DNA of 64,000 bases from Candidatus Zixiibacteriota bacterium (GCA_037441845.1 JBBIRK010000002.1:160001-224000); one strand, 5' to 3'. Positions 28,334-39,103 are shown, counted from the stretch's first letter. Numbers and translations are program-made. The notes: a model not told the origin generated them from the sequence alone.

Positions 28334-29488
28334 TCAACGAATCGGCGAAATCGTCCTCATCCGGACCACCTCTTGGGCCACCGTCTCGACTATTTCATCA
28401 ATCTCGTCGATACTATTGGAGCGTCCGAACGAAAAGCGGATTGCGCCGTGAGCGTATTCGGGCGGCAGTCCAAGCGCATTTATCACGTGCGATGCGTTCA
28501 TCGAACCCGAGGAACAGGCCGACCCGGTCGAAACCGCGATTCCCTTCAAATCGAGCCCGAGCGCGATCGATTCCGCCTCGACCCCCCGAAAAGCGATACT
28601 TACGGTGTTGGGAACGCATCTATCCTGCCTGCCCAAAATCATGACATCCGAAACCCTCTGTTTGATCAGCCCGATAAATTTTTCTTTCATCTTCGAAAGA
28701 CGATCGGCCTCGGTTTGGATAGATGCCGCCGCCAGCTCGAGCGCCTTGGCCATACCGACTATCCCGGGAACGTTTTCCGTTCCGGCGCGGCGGTTGAATT
28801 CATGCGACCCGCCGTGGCTGAGCGGCTCGATTTTCACCTTTTTCCTCACGTAAAGAAATCCCGCACCTTTCGGTCCGTAAAACTTGTGCGCCGAGGCGGA
28901 AAACAAATCGACCCCGAGCTCACCGATATGCAGTTTTATTTTGCCCGTGCTCTGCACGGCGTCGGTATGAAAAACGATTTCCTTCTCGTGCGCGATCGCC
29001 GCCATTTCGCCTATCTCCTGGATAGTGCCGATTTCGTTGTTGGCGTGCATGATCGATACTAAAATCGTATCCGGCCTGATCGCCCGTCGCAACTCATCCG
29101 GCGATATCGTTCCTTCTCGGTCGGGTTTCAGATAGGTGACTTCGAAACCCTTTCTTTCGAGGTAATGGCAGCTTTCGAGAACCGCGTGATGCTCGATCGC
29201 GCTGGTTATGATATGCCGGCCGCGATTCATTCTGGCGAATGCGGCTCCCTTGACTGCGAGGTTGTCCGATTCGGTCCCGCCGGACGTGAAAGTCAATTCC
29301 TCAGGACTGCAACCTATCGATTCTGCGATTTTTTCCCGACAGCGCTCGACCGCCACTCTTGCCGCCCGCCCGAAACTATGGATCGAGCTGGCGTTTCCGC
29401 AATCGCCCCCGAAATAAGGCGTCATCGCCTCGATCACCTCCGGCAAAACCGGCGTCGTGGCGTTGTGGTCAAGATAAATCTTCTTCAT
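28334..29488 (-). CDS. nifS: Cysteine desulfurase (NifS/IscS family)
   Basis: IYLDHNATTP, TSGGTESDN, EHHAV, NNEIG, HTDAVQ, SAHKFYGPKG, STGSACSS. Confidence 0.93.
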   Translation of the reverse strand: MKKIYLDHNATTPVLPEVIEAMTPYFGGDCGNASSIHSFGRAARVAVERCREKIAESIGCSPEELTFTSGGTESDNLAVKGAAFARMNRGRHIITSAIEHHAVLESCHYLERKGFEVTYLKPDREGTISPDELRRAIRPDTILVSIMHANNEIGTIQEIGEMAAIAHEKEIVFHTDAVQSTGKIKLHIGELGVDLFSASAHKFYGPKGAGFLYVRKKVKIEPLSHGGSHEFNRRAGTENVPGIVGMAKALELAAASIQTEADRLSKMKEKFIGLIKQRVSDVMILGRQDRCVPNTVSIAFRGVEAESIALGLDLKGIAVSTGSACSSGSMNASHVINALGLPPEYAHGAIRFSFGRSNSIDEIDEIVETVAQEVVRMRTISPIR

Positions 29489-29502
29489 GGGCCTCCGCCG
29501 CC

Positions 29503-29531
29503 AATCTAATTATCATGAACTCCGCTGTCAA
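29503..29531 (-). promoter_or_regulatory. sigma70 promoter of nifS-mnmA
   Basis: TTGACA-N17-TAGATT followed by GGAGG SD. Confidence 0.65.
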
Positions 29532-29567
29532 GCGCAGCCGAAAATACGGTCACCGAATTCTTCTCGC

Positions 29568-30314
29568 CTATCGGTTCTTATTCGATGCGGATTTTACGAA
29601 TACGCGGAATAAACGCCGCGAATGGCGCCGCGAATATATCCTCTCGGGGTGCCATTGCACGCTGATCAAAAACGGATATCCGAGCAGTTCCAACCCCTCG
29701 ATCACCCCGTCCGGTGCAACCGCCGTTATGATCAATCCCTTCCCCGGTTTATCCACCGCCTGATGATGGCTGGAATTGCATTCGATCTGCCGACCGCCGA
29801 TTATTTTCTTCAGCAGGCTGTATTCGAGAAGCCGCACCGGGTGCATGACCCGATTCGTCTGACCGGGATCGGCATGGACCAATGCACTCCGGGAATAAAA
29901 CGAAATATCCTCATAAAGCGTCCCGCCTAATAGTACGTTGAGCAACTGATGGCCTCTACAAATACAGAAAATCGGCATTTTTCTTTTCAGCGCCTTTTCC
30001 AATAGCAATAACTCGAATTCGTCCCGCTTTTTATCCGCGATTTTGGTTTGCGGGACAGCCCTCTGACCATAATAACCGGGCGCGATGTCGGCGCCGCCGC
30101 TGAACACCAATCCATCGAGCATCTCGAGATAATCGTCAATCAATCCCCCATTCGGCAGATTCGGCAACACCACCGGCACGCCCCCCGCAGCGGCAACCGC
30201 CTGATTATAGGCGTCACCCAGCCAGATATATCGATATCGGGTCGGACGACGAATTATCCGGGCTTCCGCTTCCTGATTCGTAGTAATCCCTATTAACGGC
30301 CGCTTAGAACGCAT
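29568..30314 (-). CDS. Peptidase C26 / gamma-glutamyl-gamma-aminobutyrate hydrolase family protein
   Basis: PLIGIT, GGADI.P..YG, RDEFE, ICRGHQLLNV..GGTL, NSSHHQAV, VQWHPE. Confidence 0.9.
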   Translation of the reverse strand: MRSKRPLIGITTNQEAEARIIRRPTRYRYIWLGDAYNQAVAAAGGVPVVLPNLPNGGLIDDYLEMLDGLVFSGGADIAPGYYGQRAVPQTKIADKKRDEFELLLLEKALKRKMPIFCICRGHQLLNVLLGGTLYEDISFYSRSALVHADPGQTNRVMHPVRLLEYSLLKKIIGGRQIECNSSHHQAVDKPGKGLIITAVAPDGVIEGLELLGYPFLISVQWHPERIYSRRHSRRLFRVFVKSASNKNR

Positions 30315-32259
30315 AAAGCAAAGTTAAATGATATGATCCGTCGGTCAAGTCAAGTTTTCGTTTAAGTCGGAACGCATATTCGAAATTGATCGGCCCTATG
30401 GGCGTGAAAAACTGCAGCCCCAACCCACTGCTGGATACGATATTCTTGAATTTGAATTCGGTCGATTTATAATAAGTTTCTCCGGCATCCAAAAATACGC
30501 TTCCCCCGAAACGCCAGAAAATCGCCCGCCGCAACTCGACATTCGTAAGCAGAAGCAACTTGCCGCCTTTCGGTCTGCCCAACAGTTCACCGGTTACCCC
30601 ATCGGCAGAACTCCATTTCGGGCCCAGCGCGTTTTCGCCGAAACCCCGAAGCGACTTGGCGCCGCCCAGCGTGAATCGATCCTCGGTTCCCGATTTCTTG
30701 TCCGCTCCCAATTCGGCTAACGCTCCAATTTTGATTCTGGTCGCCAGAATATTCTCTTCCCCCAACAATCGGTAGCGGCTCCAGGATACCGAACCCTTTA
30801 TGAAACTAAAATCTCCTCCAAGGTAATGTCCGACATAATCGAGCGACAGCGATGAATACGAGCCGCGTTGCGGAATAAAAACGTTGTCGCGGGTGTCCCG
30901 CTGCGCCGTCATCGCCAGTCTTCTCCGGATCGTATTTTTCCCCTCGATTCTGAGAATATCGGCCTCTTGGGGGCTGACTCCCCGGATACGCACGAACTCC
31001 ACCCTCATCGAAAAGCGGATATTGCTGAACCGGTCGAGCTCACGGTAAAGCGATGGTTCGATACTCAGTTTGTCGTAGTATTTGTCGATTATCGGATTTC
31101 TCGTCCTGATTTCGTAAATGGCATCGAACGAAAACGGCACCCTCATTTCGAAAAACCACGGCTCCACATAATTGGCGCGGATCTGGTTTTTTATCGGATG
31201 AAAACCCAAATCGGCGAACAGGTCGCTGAATTTCAGCGCTTGAACTTCCTCGCCGCGATTGGCGATCTGGAAACTGTTCTTGACCTCGAAAAGGACTTTA
31301 CGGCCGTTGCCGAACAGGTTGCGGCTGCCCACGGCGGCCGACGTCTGCATCGCCGATAAAAGCGCTCCGAAATACTCCTGCTGACCGATACCCAACCGCA
31401 AATTTATGAACTTCGATTTGCGTCCTGAAAGTTTCACCTCGAGCGCGGTTGCCGCCGTATCGCCGCTTATTTGGGTCAGATCCCCGGCTCGACCTATATC
31501 CACGAACTTGAATAAGCCGGTGGAATATAATCTTTGCTGGCTGTCGATTATCTCCTTGCGGCAGTATTTCTCCCCGGCTTTCTGAGTCATTTCCCGAAAA
31601 ATCACCCGGCCGGTCGATTTGTTTTCCTCTTCCTGTTTGATCCTGATCTCCGATACTATCACCAGAGAACTCTCCGCGATAGCGAACTCAATCGCCGCCC
31701 AATTCGAATCCGCGGAAATATGATAAGCAGGCTTGACAGAGGCCAGAGCATACCCGTTGTCCGCGTAATAGTCTCGGATTCGAAGAGCGGTGGCCTGGAC
31801 CATGTCGTTGTTCACCGGTTCGCCCGATTTGATCCTTTGGGTCAGCGGCCGCAGCTGCTCGTTCAATGACGGAACTCCTCCGGTATGATAAACCGTATCG
31901 ACATAAACACGCCTTCCCTCATCGATCGAGAATTTCACCACCGCTTTGGTCGAATCGGCGGGATAAAAATCTGGCACGGCTTCCGCTTTCGCGAATAAAA
32001 ACCCCCTCTGGCGATAAAATCGCTCGAGTTGTTGCCGATCCAAGATCAGGTTCGTCCGCGAAAGCCGGTATTTCGAGAACAGATTATACCAGCTTTTGGA
32101 CTTGGTCAGCATCATCCTCTTGAGTTTTCGATCGGAAAAAGCGCTGTTCCCCTCGATCTCGACTTTCTTGATCTCCTGCCTTCTGTATGGGAATTCACGG
32201 GCCTGCGATACCGCCGTGACGAGCGTCAATACCAGTATCAATAAATATCTAGAACTCAT
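30304..32259 (-). CDS. Omp85-family outer membrane protein (TamA/BamA-like, about 3 POTRA domains)
   Basis: Signal peptide, POTRA motifs (GNSAFSD.KL, Y...GF, QQRLYSTGLF), barrel with LGGAKSLRGF and TPIGPI, terminal F. Confidence 0.88.
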   Translation of the reverse strand: MSSRYLLILVLTLVTAVSQAREFPYRRQEIKKVEIEGNSAFSDRKLKRMMLTKSKSWYNLFSKYRLSRTNLILDRQQLERFYRQRGFLFAKAEAVPDFYPADSTKAVVKFSIDEGRRVYVDTVYHTGGVPSLNEQLRPLTQRIKSGEPVNNDMVQATALRIRDYYADNGYALASVKPAYHISADSNWAAIEFAIAESSLVIVSEIRIKQEEENKSTGRVIFREMTQKAGEKYCRKEIIDSQQRLYSTGLFKFVDIGRAGDLTQISGDTAATALEVKLSGRKSKFINLRLGIGQQEYFGALLSAMQTSAAVGSRNLFGNGRKVLFEVKNSFQIANRGEEVQALKFSDLFADLGFHPIKNQIRANYVEPWFFEMRVPFSFDAIYEIRTRNPIIDKYYDKLSIEPSLYRELDRFSNIRFSMRVEFVRIRGVSPQEADILRIEGKNTIRRRLAMTAQRDTRDNVFIPQRGSYSSLSLDYVGHYLGGDFSFIKGSVSWSRYRLLGEENILATRIKIGALAELGADKKSGTEDRFTLGGAKSLRGFGENALGPKWSSADGVTGELLGRPKGGKLLLLTNVELRRAIFWRFGGSVFLDAGETYYKSTEFKFKNIVSSSGLGLQFFTPIGPINFEYAFRLKRKLDLTDGSYHLTLLYAF

Positions 32260-35200
32260 AATTGAATATGAGATCGAAAGAAATCCCTTCGTTCTTCGAT
32301 CCTTGCCGGCCCTGAATCGACAAGTAACGGTTGAACAGGTATTCCAGCCCGATCGTTTCGCCGGCCTCGGCCGACAAAGACCGGGAATAGCGAAGATACA
32401 ATTTGGGCGAAAGATACTTGGCCACCGATACCCGGGTTTGGCCCAAACTGTCGGCGTAAGGATTTATTTCCAGCTCGTCGATCACCCGCGTCCGTTCGAT
32501 CTCGTCGGAAATCCTGGACAACACTATGCCGGCGTTATTCAGTATATTGTTCGCCAGCCCCACCTCTCGGGAACCGGTATTCGAGAAAATCGACATCTGG
32601 TTTGCCAGCAGCAGCCTTAAAATATCTTCATCGGTATAATTGGAACCCGCCAGCGCCCGTATTTCCGGTTCCAGCAAAGAGCCGCCGATAACCAATCCCA
32701 ATTCGTTGAAACCGATTCCCCCCGCGTCGAACTGCTCGTATTGCCTTCGATTCCGTATCTTGGTCTTGACCTCGAAATTTATCTGCGGGTTGATCTCGCT
32801 GATATCGTTGAATACCATTTCGCCCTTATCGATCTTGAATTCGTAGTTGAAAAGGTAAAAATTCCCCCGGAGAATATTCAGCTGCCCCAATAGATGCGGT
32901 ATGCCGGCCTCGCGGAAAAACAAGACGTTTCCCATCATCTCCATATCGGCTTCCGAATTTTTTATCCAGAGGTTGTTCAATGCGCTTATCTCGACTTCCA
33001 CCGTCCATTGAGTGGAATCCTCGAGTATCTCGGTTTCTGGGGTGACTCCTTTGGAAAAAGTGGCGAATCCTTCCTTCATGTCAAGACGGCTTAAAGACGC
33101 CGATCCGCTTATCACCGGGGGCGACGACCCGGCTATCGTCACGTCGAAATCCGTCGTCCCCTGAATATCGTACGACTCGGTGAAAAACTCGCAATTCTCC
33201 CCGGCGATTCGTAAGTCGTAATCGAAAAGCCCCAGGCCGATTATTTTGATTTTGCCTTTTCCGGTTATCAATCCCCGCCGGGCTGCCTCGCCGCCGATTT
33301 TATCCTGCCGCCCATTCTTCTTATAAATCAAACGGCCGGATATCGAATCCACCAATATCAGGTCATTTTCCATTCTCCCCGTTATATTCACGTTGTCGAT
33401 TGGATTCACCAGATCGAGCGCCTTTAGCGTTCCCTGCCGCAAATGGAACGTTCCGCCGACACTCGGTTTTCCATAGGTCCCTCTTATTTCAATAGCGGCG
33501 TCGAATTTTCCCCGGCAATACTCGACCGCAGGCACGAATGCGGCGATCAAAGATATCTCGGTTCCCTCGGCCCGGAAAACCGCTTGAATCGGCAGATCGA
33601 GAAGTCGATCGCCGACAAAATCGAACGACAGCTCGATCGGAAACAACCCCGAAAATTCGTATCGCGAATTTTTATCCACAAGCCGGGCGGATTTCAATTG
33701 ACACTGCCTATCGGAGTAATAAGCCGTCAATGAAAAATCGCCCTGTTCGATTTCGTTTATAGCCATATTCTTTATCGCCAGGTCGGCGTCGAACACCGGA
33801 GATTCGAAAACGCCGCCCGCCCATAATCTCCCCGATATCACCCCGTCGACCTTATGGGGGTAATGAAAATACTTTATCAAAGGAGCGATCGCGAAACCGC
33901 TGAAATTCGCCGTCAAATTCATGCTGTTGTCGAAACCGAGTTCCCCCGTCAGCTCCAAATATCCCTGCCCGCGCCCAAGCTTGAAATCCCGGAATTCCGC
34001 CTTGGTCGTATCGATTTCGATCCGCAGTCTGCCCGAATTAACCAAAGTATCCTCCCATAAAATCAACTGCAGCGAATCGACGATGAACTCGGCCGGATAG
34101 ATGGTGTTATCGATTAAGCCCTCGAAAGTCATTCGATTATTTTCGTTTCTCAACTTCACGCCCTCGAGATAGAAAGTCTGGCTGTCGACTTCCACCGTGA
34201 ATTCCCCGGAATCTACCGGGATCGAATAAAGCAAAGCCTCGCCGAAATTCACCCTCACCGGGCCCCGCATATGCGAAATAAAATCGACCAGTTGCAAATC
34301 GACTCGAAAATCGCGCGAAACCAAACCGTAAAAGCGGCAGGAATCCGAATGAAACGTTCCGTTGAAATCAAAATCGACCAACGGACCGGTGACTCTGAAT
34401 TCGCTTTCGCCTCTGCCGTCGAGATCGGCGATAAAAAACTGATTCTTGAAATCGCTCAGGTCACCGAAATCGGCTTTCCCCGCGATATCGACCTCGCCTT
34501 GGTATTCGAGCCACCCGCCGAACTCGAATCTGGCTTGCTTATAGCGGGCTTTGAATCCGGGATCGAACGTCAGTTTATTGAAATCGAACTCCATCCGGCC
34601 TTCGGCCTCGTGAAAATGATAAATGTCGATATCCGCCCTATCGAGTTTCATATCGATAGCCATTTTCAGCGAATTGGCGGCAAGCCCCTGCCCGACGAGA
34701 TCGATTTCCCCGCTGAATCGAGAATAAAGGTCGATCCCTATATTCCTCAGATTCAAATCCTCGATACGCCCGTCGAATGCGAATTTCGGCGGCTTGCTCT
34801 TGAAATCGATAAATCCGCTTCCCTGCGCCGGCGAACGGAAAACGACGGCCGTCGCTTCATCCAGAGTGAGCCTGCCCTGGGCCAGCCGCAGATGGCAGTC
34901 GATATCGGTTATCTCCTGATTGTACAGCCGCAAATTTCCGACCGCTTTTGACTTTATATCATCGATAGTCCCCTCGGCCGTGCCGGTCAGCGAGGCTTGC
35001 CCCTTGACATTTGTTTTGACCAGTCTTTCGATTTCGCTGAACTCCAGCGGCGACATCGCATATTCTATTTTGAACGGAAACTTTTCGGTCAATTCCACCG
35101 TTCCCGCCAAGCGCAAATCGGAAAGGGCCGTCGATATCACCAAAGATTCGACATCGATCATATGCGATGTATAGGTGACTTTACCTTGGGTATTATCGAT

Positions 35201-35797
35201 CAATAGGCCGCTTACGGCATCCTCGGCGTAAAGAGTGTCGATTGCCGCCTTTATACTTTTTCCGTCCGCCTCGAAAGCTCCGGCCAATCGGCCGATAGAG
35301 ATATCGAAATCGATTTCCCCAATATTCAGCTTCGCCGACACGTCACTCAAATCGAACTCGTCCACTTTGAGTCGGGGGATTTTCATCGCAGGCTTGTTCT
35401 TATCGCCGGACGATTTCCGCGGTATACCCTCGAGAATGCGGCTGTCTATCTCAGTCCTGACCGAATCGATTTTCAGTCTTCGCAGCGAAAGATCGCCGGA
35501 GACGACATCTTTAAGCGAATATTCGACTTCTGCGTTTCCTATCCAGCAGATCGTTTTCATTGAATCGGCGTCCACAATGTTAACCGAAATGTCGCCGAGA
35601 TCCAATCTTCGCCATAAATCGCGATTCATCTTGCCGATCGATATTTTGATTCCCGAGCCGGCCAGCAGGCGGCTGCCGAGCAGACGATTGACCTGAATCT
35701 CCGGAAGTCTCGTGAAAAGATACAGACAGATTACGACGACTAATGAAAACAAGAAAGCCGCCGCGGCCAACATAGGAATCTTGAAAATCAATCGCAT
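32249..35797 (-). CDS. tamB: Translocation and assembly module TamB / AsmA-like protein
   Basis: N-terminal TM anchor, long beta-rich body, C-terminal DUF490-like region (GSLLEPEI, KYLSPKLYLRY..GLEY..YEF); adjacent to Omp85. Confidence 0.85.
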   Translation of the reverse strand: MRLIFKIPMLAAAAFLFSLVVVICLYLFTRLPEIQVNRLLGSRLLAGSGIKISIGKMNRDLWRRLDLGDISVNIVDADSMKTICWIGNAEVEYSLKDVVSGDLSLRRLKIDSVRTEIDSRILEGIPRKSSGDKNKPAMKIPRLKVDEFDLSDVSAKLNIGEIDFDISIGRLAGAFEADGKSIKAAIDTLYAEDAVSGLLIDNTQGKVTYTSHMIDVESLVISTALSDLRLAGTVELTEKFPFKIEYAMSPLEFSEIERLVKTNVKGQASLTGTAEGTIDDIKSKAVGNLRLYNQEITDIDCHLRLAQGRLTLDEATAVVFRSPAQGSGFIDFKSKPPKFAFDGRIEDLNLRNIGIDLYSRFSGEIDLVGQGLAANSLKMAIDMKLDRADIDIYHFHEAEGRMEFDFNKLTFDPGFKARYKQARFEFGGWLEYQGEVDIAGKADFGDLSDFKNQFFIADLDGRGESEFRVTGPLVDFDFNGTFHSDSCRFYGLVSRDFRVDLQLVDFISHMRGPVRVNFGEALLYSIPVDSGEFTVEVDSQTFYLEGVKLRNENNRMTFEGLIDNTIYPAEFIVDSLQLILWEDTLVNSGRLRIEIDTTKAEFRDFKLGRGQGYLELTGELGFDNSMNLTANFSGFAIAPLIKYFHYPHKVDGVISGRLWAGGVFESPVFDADLAIKNMAINEIEQGDFSLTAYYSDRQCQLKSARLVDKNSRYEFSGLFPIELSFDFVGDRLLDLPIQAVFRAEGTEISLIAAFVPAVEYCRGKFDAAIEIRGTYGKPSVGGTFHLRQGTLKALDLVNPIDNVNITGRMENDLILVDSISGRLIYKKNGRQDKIGGEAARRGLITGKGKIKIIGLGLFDYDLRIAGENCEFFTESYDIQGTTDFDVTIAGSSPPVISGSASLSRLDMKEGFATFSKGVTPETEILEDSTQWTVEVEISALNNLWIKNSEADMEMMGNVLFFREAGIPHLLGQLNILRGNFYLFNYEFKIDKGEMVFNDISEINPQINFEVKTKIRNRRQYEQFDAGGIGFNELGLVIGGSLLEPEIRALAGSNYTDEDILRLLLANQMSIFSNTGSREVGLANNILNNAGIVLSRISDEIERTRVIDELEINPYADSLGQTRVSVAKYLSPKLYLRYSRSLSAEAGETIGLEYLFNRYLSIQGRQGSKNEGISFDLIFNYEF

Positions 35798-35926
35798 CGT
35801 ATATCCCGTTACGAACAGCTATATTATGAGCAACGCCCCTCTAAATCCAACATATTTTCGCCCGTTTGTCTCCCTCGGCAGTCATCAACTCCTTATAATG
35901 AGTTTCCGCGGTCCTTGTTCGGCAAT

Positions 35927-35960
35927 AAAAAAGGCGCCCGGCCTCAGCCCGACGCCTTTT
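35927..35960 (-). terminator. Rho-independent terminator after pilC copy 2
   Basis: GGCGTCGGGC-TGAG-GCCGGGCGCC followed by T6 on the minus strand. Confidence 0.7.
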
Positions 35961-35978
35961 CCGTCGAATTTCATAATT

Positions 35979-37232
35979 TTAAGATAGACCTCTTTTCAAA
36001 GCCATACCGAAATTGAATATCGGCAGATAAATGACGATCACGATCGTCCCGATCACCAGCGCGATCAGCACGATCAACATCGGCTCGATCAACGAGGTCA
36101 TCCGCGATACGACCGCCTCGAGCTGCTTGTCGTAAAAATCGGCGGCTTTGGAAAGCATCTTTTCCATCTCCCCCGTCTCCTCGCCGGTGGCCGCCAACGA
36201 CAATAACGTATTGGGGAAAGCCTCGGTTTTCTTCAGCGATGCGGCGATCGAATAACCGTCCTTGACATATTGAGTGGCCGATTTCAACGCATTCTGATAA
36301 TGAATGTTGCCGACGACCTTGTTCACCAGCCCCATCGTCTCCACTATCGGCACGCCCGCCCCCAGAAGCATTCCGAACGTCCGCGACATTTTGCTCATAG
36401 TGGAATCGATTATCAGGTTGCGCACGATCGGTATCGAAAGCTTGATTTTATCAAATACGTATCGACCCGTATAGGTTAAATTCACGACTACTATCATCGC
36501 CGCGGCCAGAATGACCCCGATTATCGAGACTATGAAATTCATCCTGACCGCCTCCGAAACCATTATCAATACCTGTGTAGGATAAGGCAGCTGAGCGTTG
36601 AATCGCTGATACACTTCCTGAAACATAGGCACGATCTTGACGATCAATACCACCGTCAGCACCGCCAGAATCGCCACCACGAATCCGGGATAAGAAATCG
36701 CCGATATCACTTTACGCCGCGTATCCTGTAGAAATTCGAGATAATTCGCCAGCTCATCGAGAACCGTGGCCAGCGAACCCGACACCTCGCCGGCTTTCAC
36801 CAACGCTATATACAGCGGCGAAAACACTCCCGGATGCTTATCGAGGGAATCCGAAAGCGAAAATCCCTTCTTGACATCATTGAGCAGCTCGGCGACCACT
36901 TTCTTGAATTTTCGGTTTCCCTCTTCATACAAGATATTATTCAGCGCTTTCTCTATAGTAAGACCGGCGGAAAACATGGTCGCCAACTGCCTGGTGAAAA
37001 AGACCAGACTGGTCAGCGGCACCGCCGTGCGCTTTTTATGTATATACAGGGTTATCGCGTCGATCAGGTTTCCCCGGGACTTCGCGGCGACGCTGCTCGA
37101 ATCGACCACCGAGATAACCGTCTGCCCGTTTTCCCTAAGTTTATTGAGCGCGCTGTCGAGGTTGGAGGCCGTAATACTGCCTTCCAGCTTGTTCCCCTTG
37201 GCGTCTTTGATTATGTAATTGAAAGTAGGCAT
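35979..37232 (-). CDS. pilC: PilC/GspF platform protein (copy 2)
   Basis: FTRQLATMFSAGL, GEVSGSL, AISYP, GEETGEME, IEPMLI..IYLPIF. Confidence 0.92.
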   Translation of the reverse strand: MPTFNYIIKDAKGNKLEGSITASNLDSALNKLRENGQTVISVVDSSSVAAKSRGNLIDAITLYIHKKRTAVPLTSLVFFTRQLATMFSAGLTIEKALNNILYEEGNRKFKKVVAELLNDVKKGFSLSDSLDKHPGVFSPLYIALVKAGEVSGSLATVLDELANYLEFLQDTRRKVISAISYPGFVVAILAVLTVVLIVKIVPMFQEVYQRFNAQLPYPTQVLIMVSEAVRMNFIVSIIGVILAAAMIVVVNLTYTGRYVFDKIKLSIPIVRNLIIDSTMSKMSRTFGMLLGAGVPIVETMGLVNKVVGNIHYQNALKSATQYVKDGYSIAASLKKTEAFPNTLLSLAATGEETGEMEKMLSKAADFYDKQLEAVVSRMTSLIEPMLIVLIALVIGTIVIVIYLPIFNFGMALKRGLS

Positions 37233-37245
37233 CTGCTACCGCCGT

Positions 37246-38949
37246 TTATTCTTCATCGATTGTCGTTCTCATTACTTCTTCGATAGATGTCAGACCCGCC
37301 AGCGCTTTGCGGATTCCCGCCTCCCTAAGCGTAACCATCTGCTGTTCCAGTGCGGCGAATCGGATATCGTCCTGATCCTTGCCTTGGAAAATCAGCTTTC
37401 TTATCGGCAATTTCACCTCGAGCAGTTCGAATAGTCCGGTCCTTCCGAAATACCCGGTATTACGGCAGCGCACGCAGCCGTGCGCTCTGAACAAAGTCTT
37501 TCCCGCAAGCCGGCTCGGATCGATCTTCAGCTTCCGGGCTATCGACTCGTCGGCCTCGTATTCTTCCTTGCAAGCCGAACACAAAGTCCGCAAAAGTCTT
37601 TGCGCCATCACCAAATTCAATGTGGATCCCACCAAGTATCTGGGCACGCCGATATCCAAAAGTCTGGTAATGGTCGAGGGCGCATCATTTGCGTGAAGCG
37701 TGGTAAACACGAGATGGCCGGTCAGGGCGAACTTTATTGCGATATCGGCGGTCTCCTGGTCGCGGATTTCACCTATCAGAATCCGATCCGGGTCCTGGCG
37801 CAAAATATGTCTCAGCGCCGAACCGAACGTCAGCCCTATCTTATCATTGGTGGCCACCTGCGCGATCCTGTCTATTTGATATTCGACCGGATCTTCCACG
37901 GTCACGATATTGTCTTCTTCACATTGAATTTCCTTGAGGGCGGCGTGTAATGTCGTCGATTTACCGCTGCCGGTGGGCCCGGAAACGATTATCATCCCAT
38001 ATGGCTTTGTGATCCACTTGCGAAATATCTCGAGCATTTCCGCCTCGAACCCCAGCGACGCCAGCGTGAAAGCGAAACCCTTTTTATCGAGAAGCCTGAG
38101 CACCACCTTTTCGCCCCTCACGGTGGGGATTATCGAAACCCTTATATCCACTTCCTTGTCGGGCATCTTCAGCGAAATTCTGCCGTCCTGGGGCAATCTC
38201 CGCTCGGCTATATTCAAATTGGCCATGATTTTCAGACGCGAAATCAACCCGTTGGCCGACTTCTTGGGCGCAGTCATTATATCCTGCAACGCTCCGTCGA
38301 TACGAAAACGCACCAACACCGCATCGAAAAGCGGTTCGAGATGAATGTCGGTCGCCCGATTCTTGATAGCTTCCGACAATATCAGATTCACCAGCTTGAC
38401 TATCGGCGCTTCGTCGAGCTCTTTTTTGAGCTGATTGACATCTACATCGTCGAGCTCTTCTCCGTCGATACTGGCGATGAAATCCATGCCCGACAGCGCC
38501 GCCGTAACCTCGCCGGTCGTCCGCAACTCCTTATAATGACGCTCGATCGCCTCATCGATTATGCTTCTGGCGCCGATCAATGGGAAAATCTTGAGCGAGG
38601 TGATCTTTTGCAGGTTGTCGATCACCACGATATCCTCCGGATCGACCATAACAACCTCGAGCGTCCCGTCCTCGAGAGATTTCCCGATACAGTGGTACTC
38701 CCGCGCGAAAAACTCGGGGATATATTCGAGCGCCTCTTTCTCGATTTTTATCAACTCCTCCGCACCAACAAGTTTTATCCCGAGCTGTTTGGACAGAGCT
38801 TTCGCCAAATTCTCATCGGTGATATACCCCTCGGCAATCAACACTTCGCCCAACCGCTTTCCCATCTCTTTCTGTTTGGCAAGCGCGCCGTTCAAATCTT
38901 TCTCGGAGATCACCCCGTCCTTTACCAGAATCTCCCCAAGCAGTTCCAT
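37246..38949 (-). CDS. pilB: PilB/GspE assembly ATPase (copy 2)
   Basis: MshEN-like N-terminus, ATDIHLEP, ERRLPQDG, GPTGSGKSTT, LRQDPD, CSAC/CVRC. Confidence 0.92.
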   Translation of the reverse strand: MELLGEILVKDGVISEKDLNGALAKQKEMGKRLGEVLIAEGYITDENLAKALSKQLGIKLVGAEELIKIEKEALEYIPEFFAREYHCIGKSLEDGTLEVVMVDPEDIVVIDNLQKITSLKIFPLIGARSIIDEAIERHYKELRTTGEVTAALSGMDFIASIDGEELDDVDVNQLKKELDEAPIVKLVNLILSEAIKNRATDIHLEPLFDAVLVRFRIDGALQDIMTAPKKSANGLISRLKIMANLNIAERRLPQDGRISLKMPDKEVDIRVSIIPTVRGEKVVLRLLDKKGFAFTLASLGFEAEMLEIFRKWITKPYGMIIVSGPTGSGKSTTLHAALKEIQCEEDNIVTVEDPVEYQIDRIAQVATNDKIGLTFGSALRHILRQDPDRILIGEIRDQETADIAIKFALTGHLVFTTLHANDAPSTITRLLDIGVPRYLVGSTLNLVMAQRLLRTLCSACKEEYEADESIARKLKIDPSRLAGKTLFRAHGCVRCRNTGYFGRTGLFELLEVKLPIRKLIFQGKDQDDIRFAALEQQMVTLREAGIRKALAGLTSIEEVMRTTIDEE

Positions 38950-39036
38950 AAACTACTACTCACTCCCTCTAAAAAACGATTTTCTCGTCGGGGTTATCGG
39001 TGCCAGGTTGTAACGATGACTTCATTCTTTGAAATC

Positions 39037-39068
39037 CGCGGGGGGCGCATCGATCGGCGCACCCCGCG
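39037..39068 (-). terminator. GC-rich hairpin after the Ig-repeat lipoprotein gene (weak U-tract)
   Basis: CGCGGGG..GCGC / GCGC..CCCCGCG inverted repeat. Confidence 0.4.
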
Positions 39069-39103
39069 TTCAATCCAAAACCATCGATCCCGCCGGCCTG
39101 CAA

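Noticed and set aside
38990..39005. TGGCAC upstream of pilB copy 2 as a sigma54 promoter
   Set aside because: No GC at the -12 position (reads GG-N10-CC)
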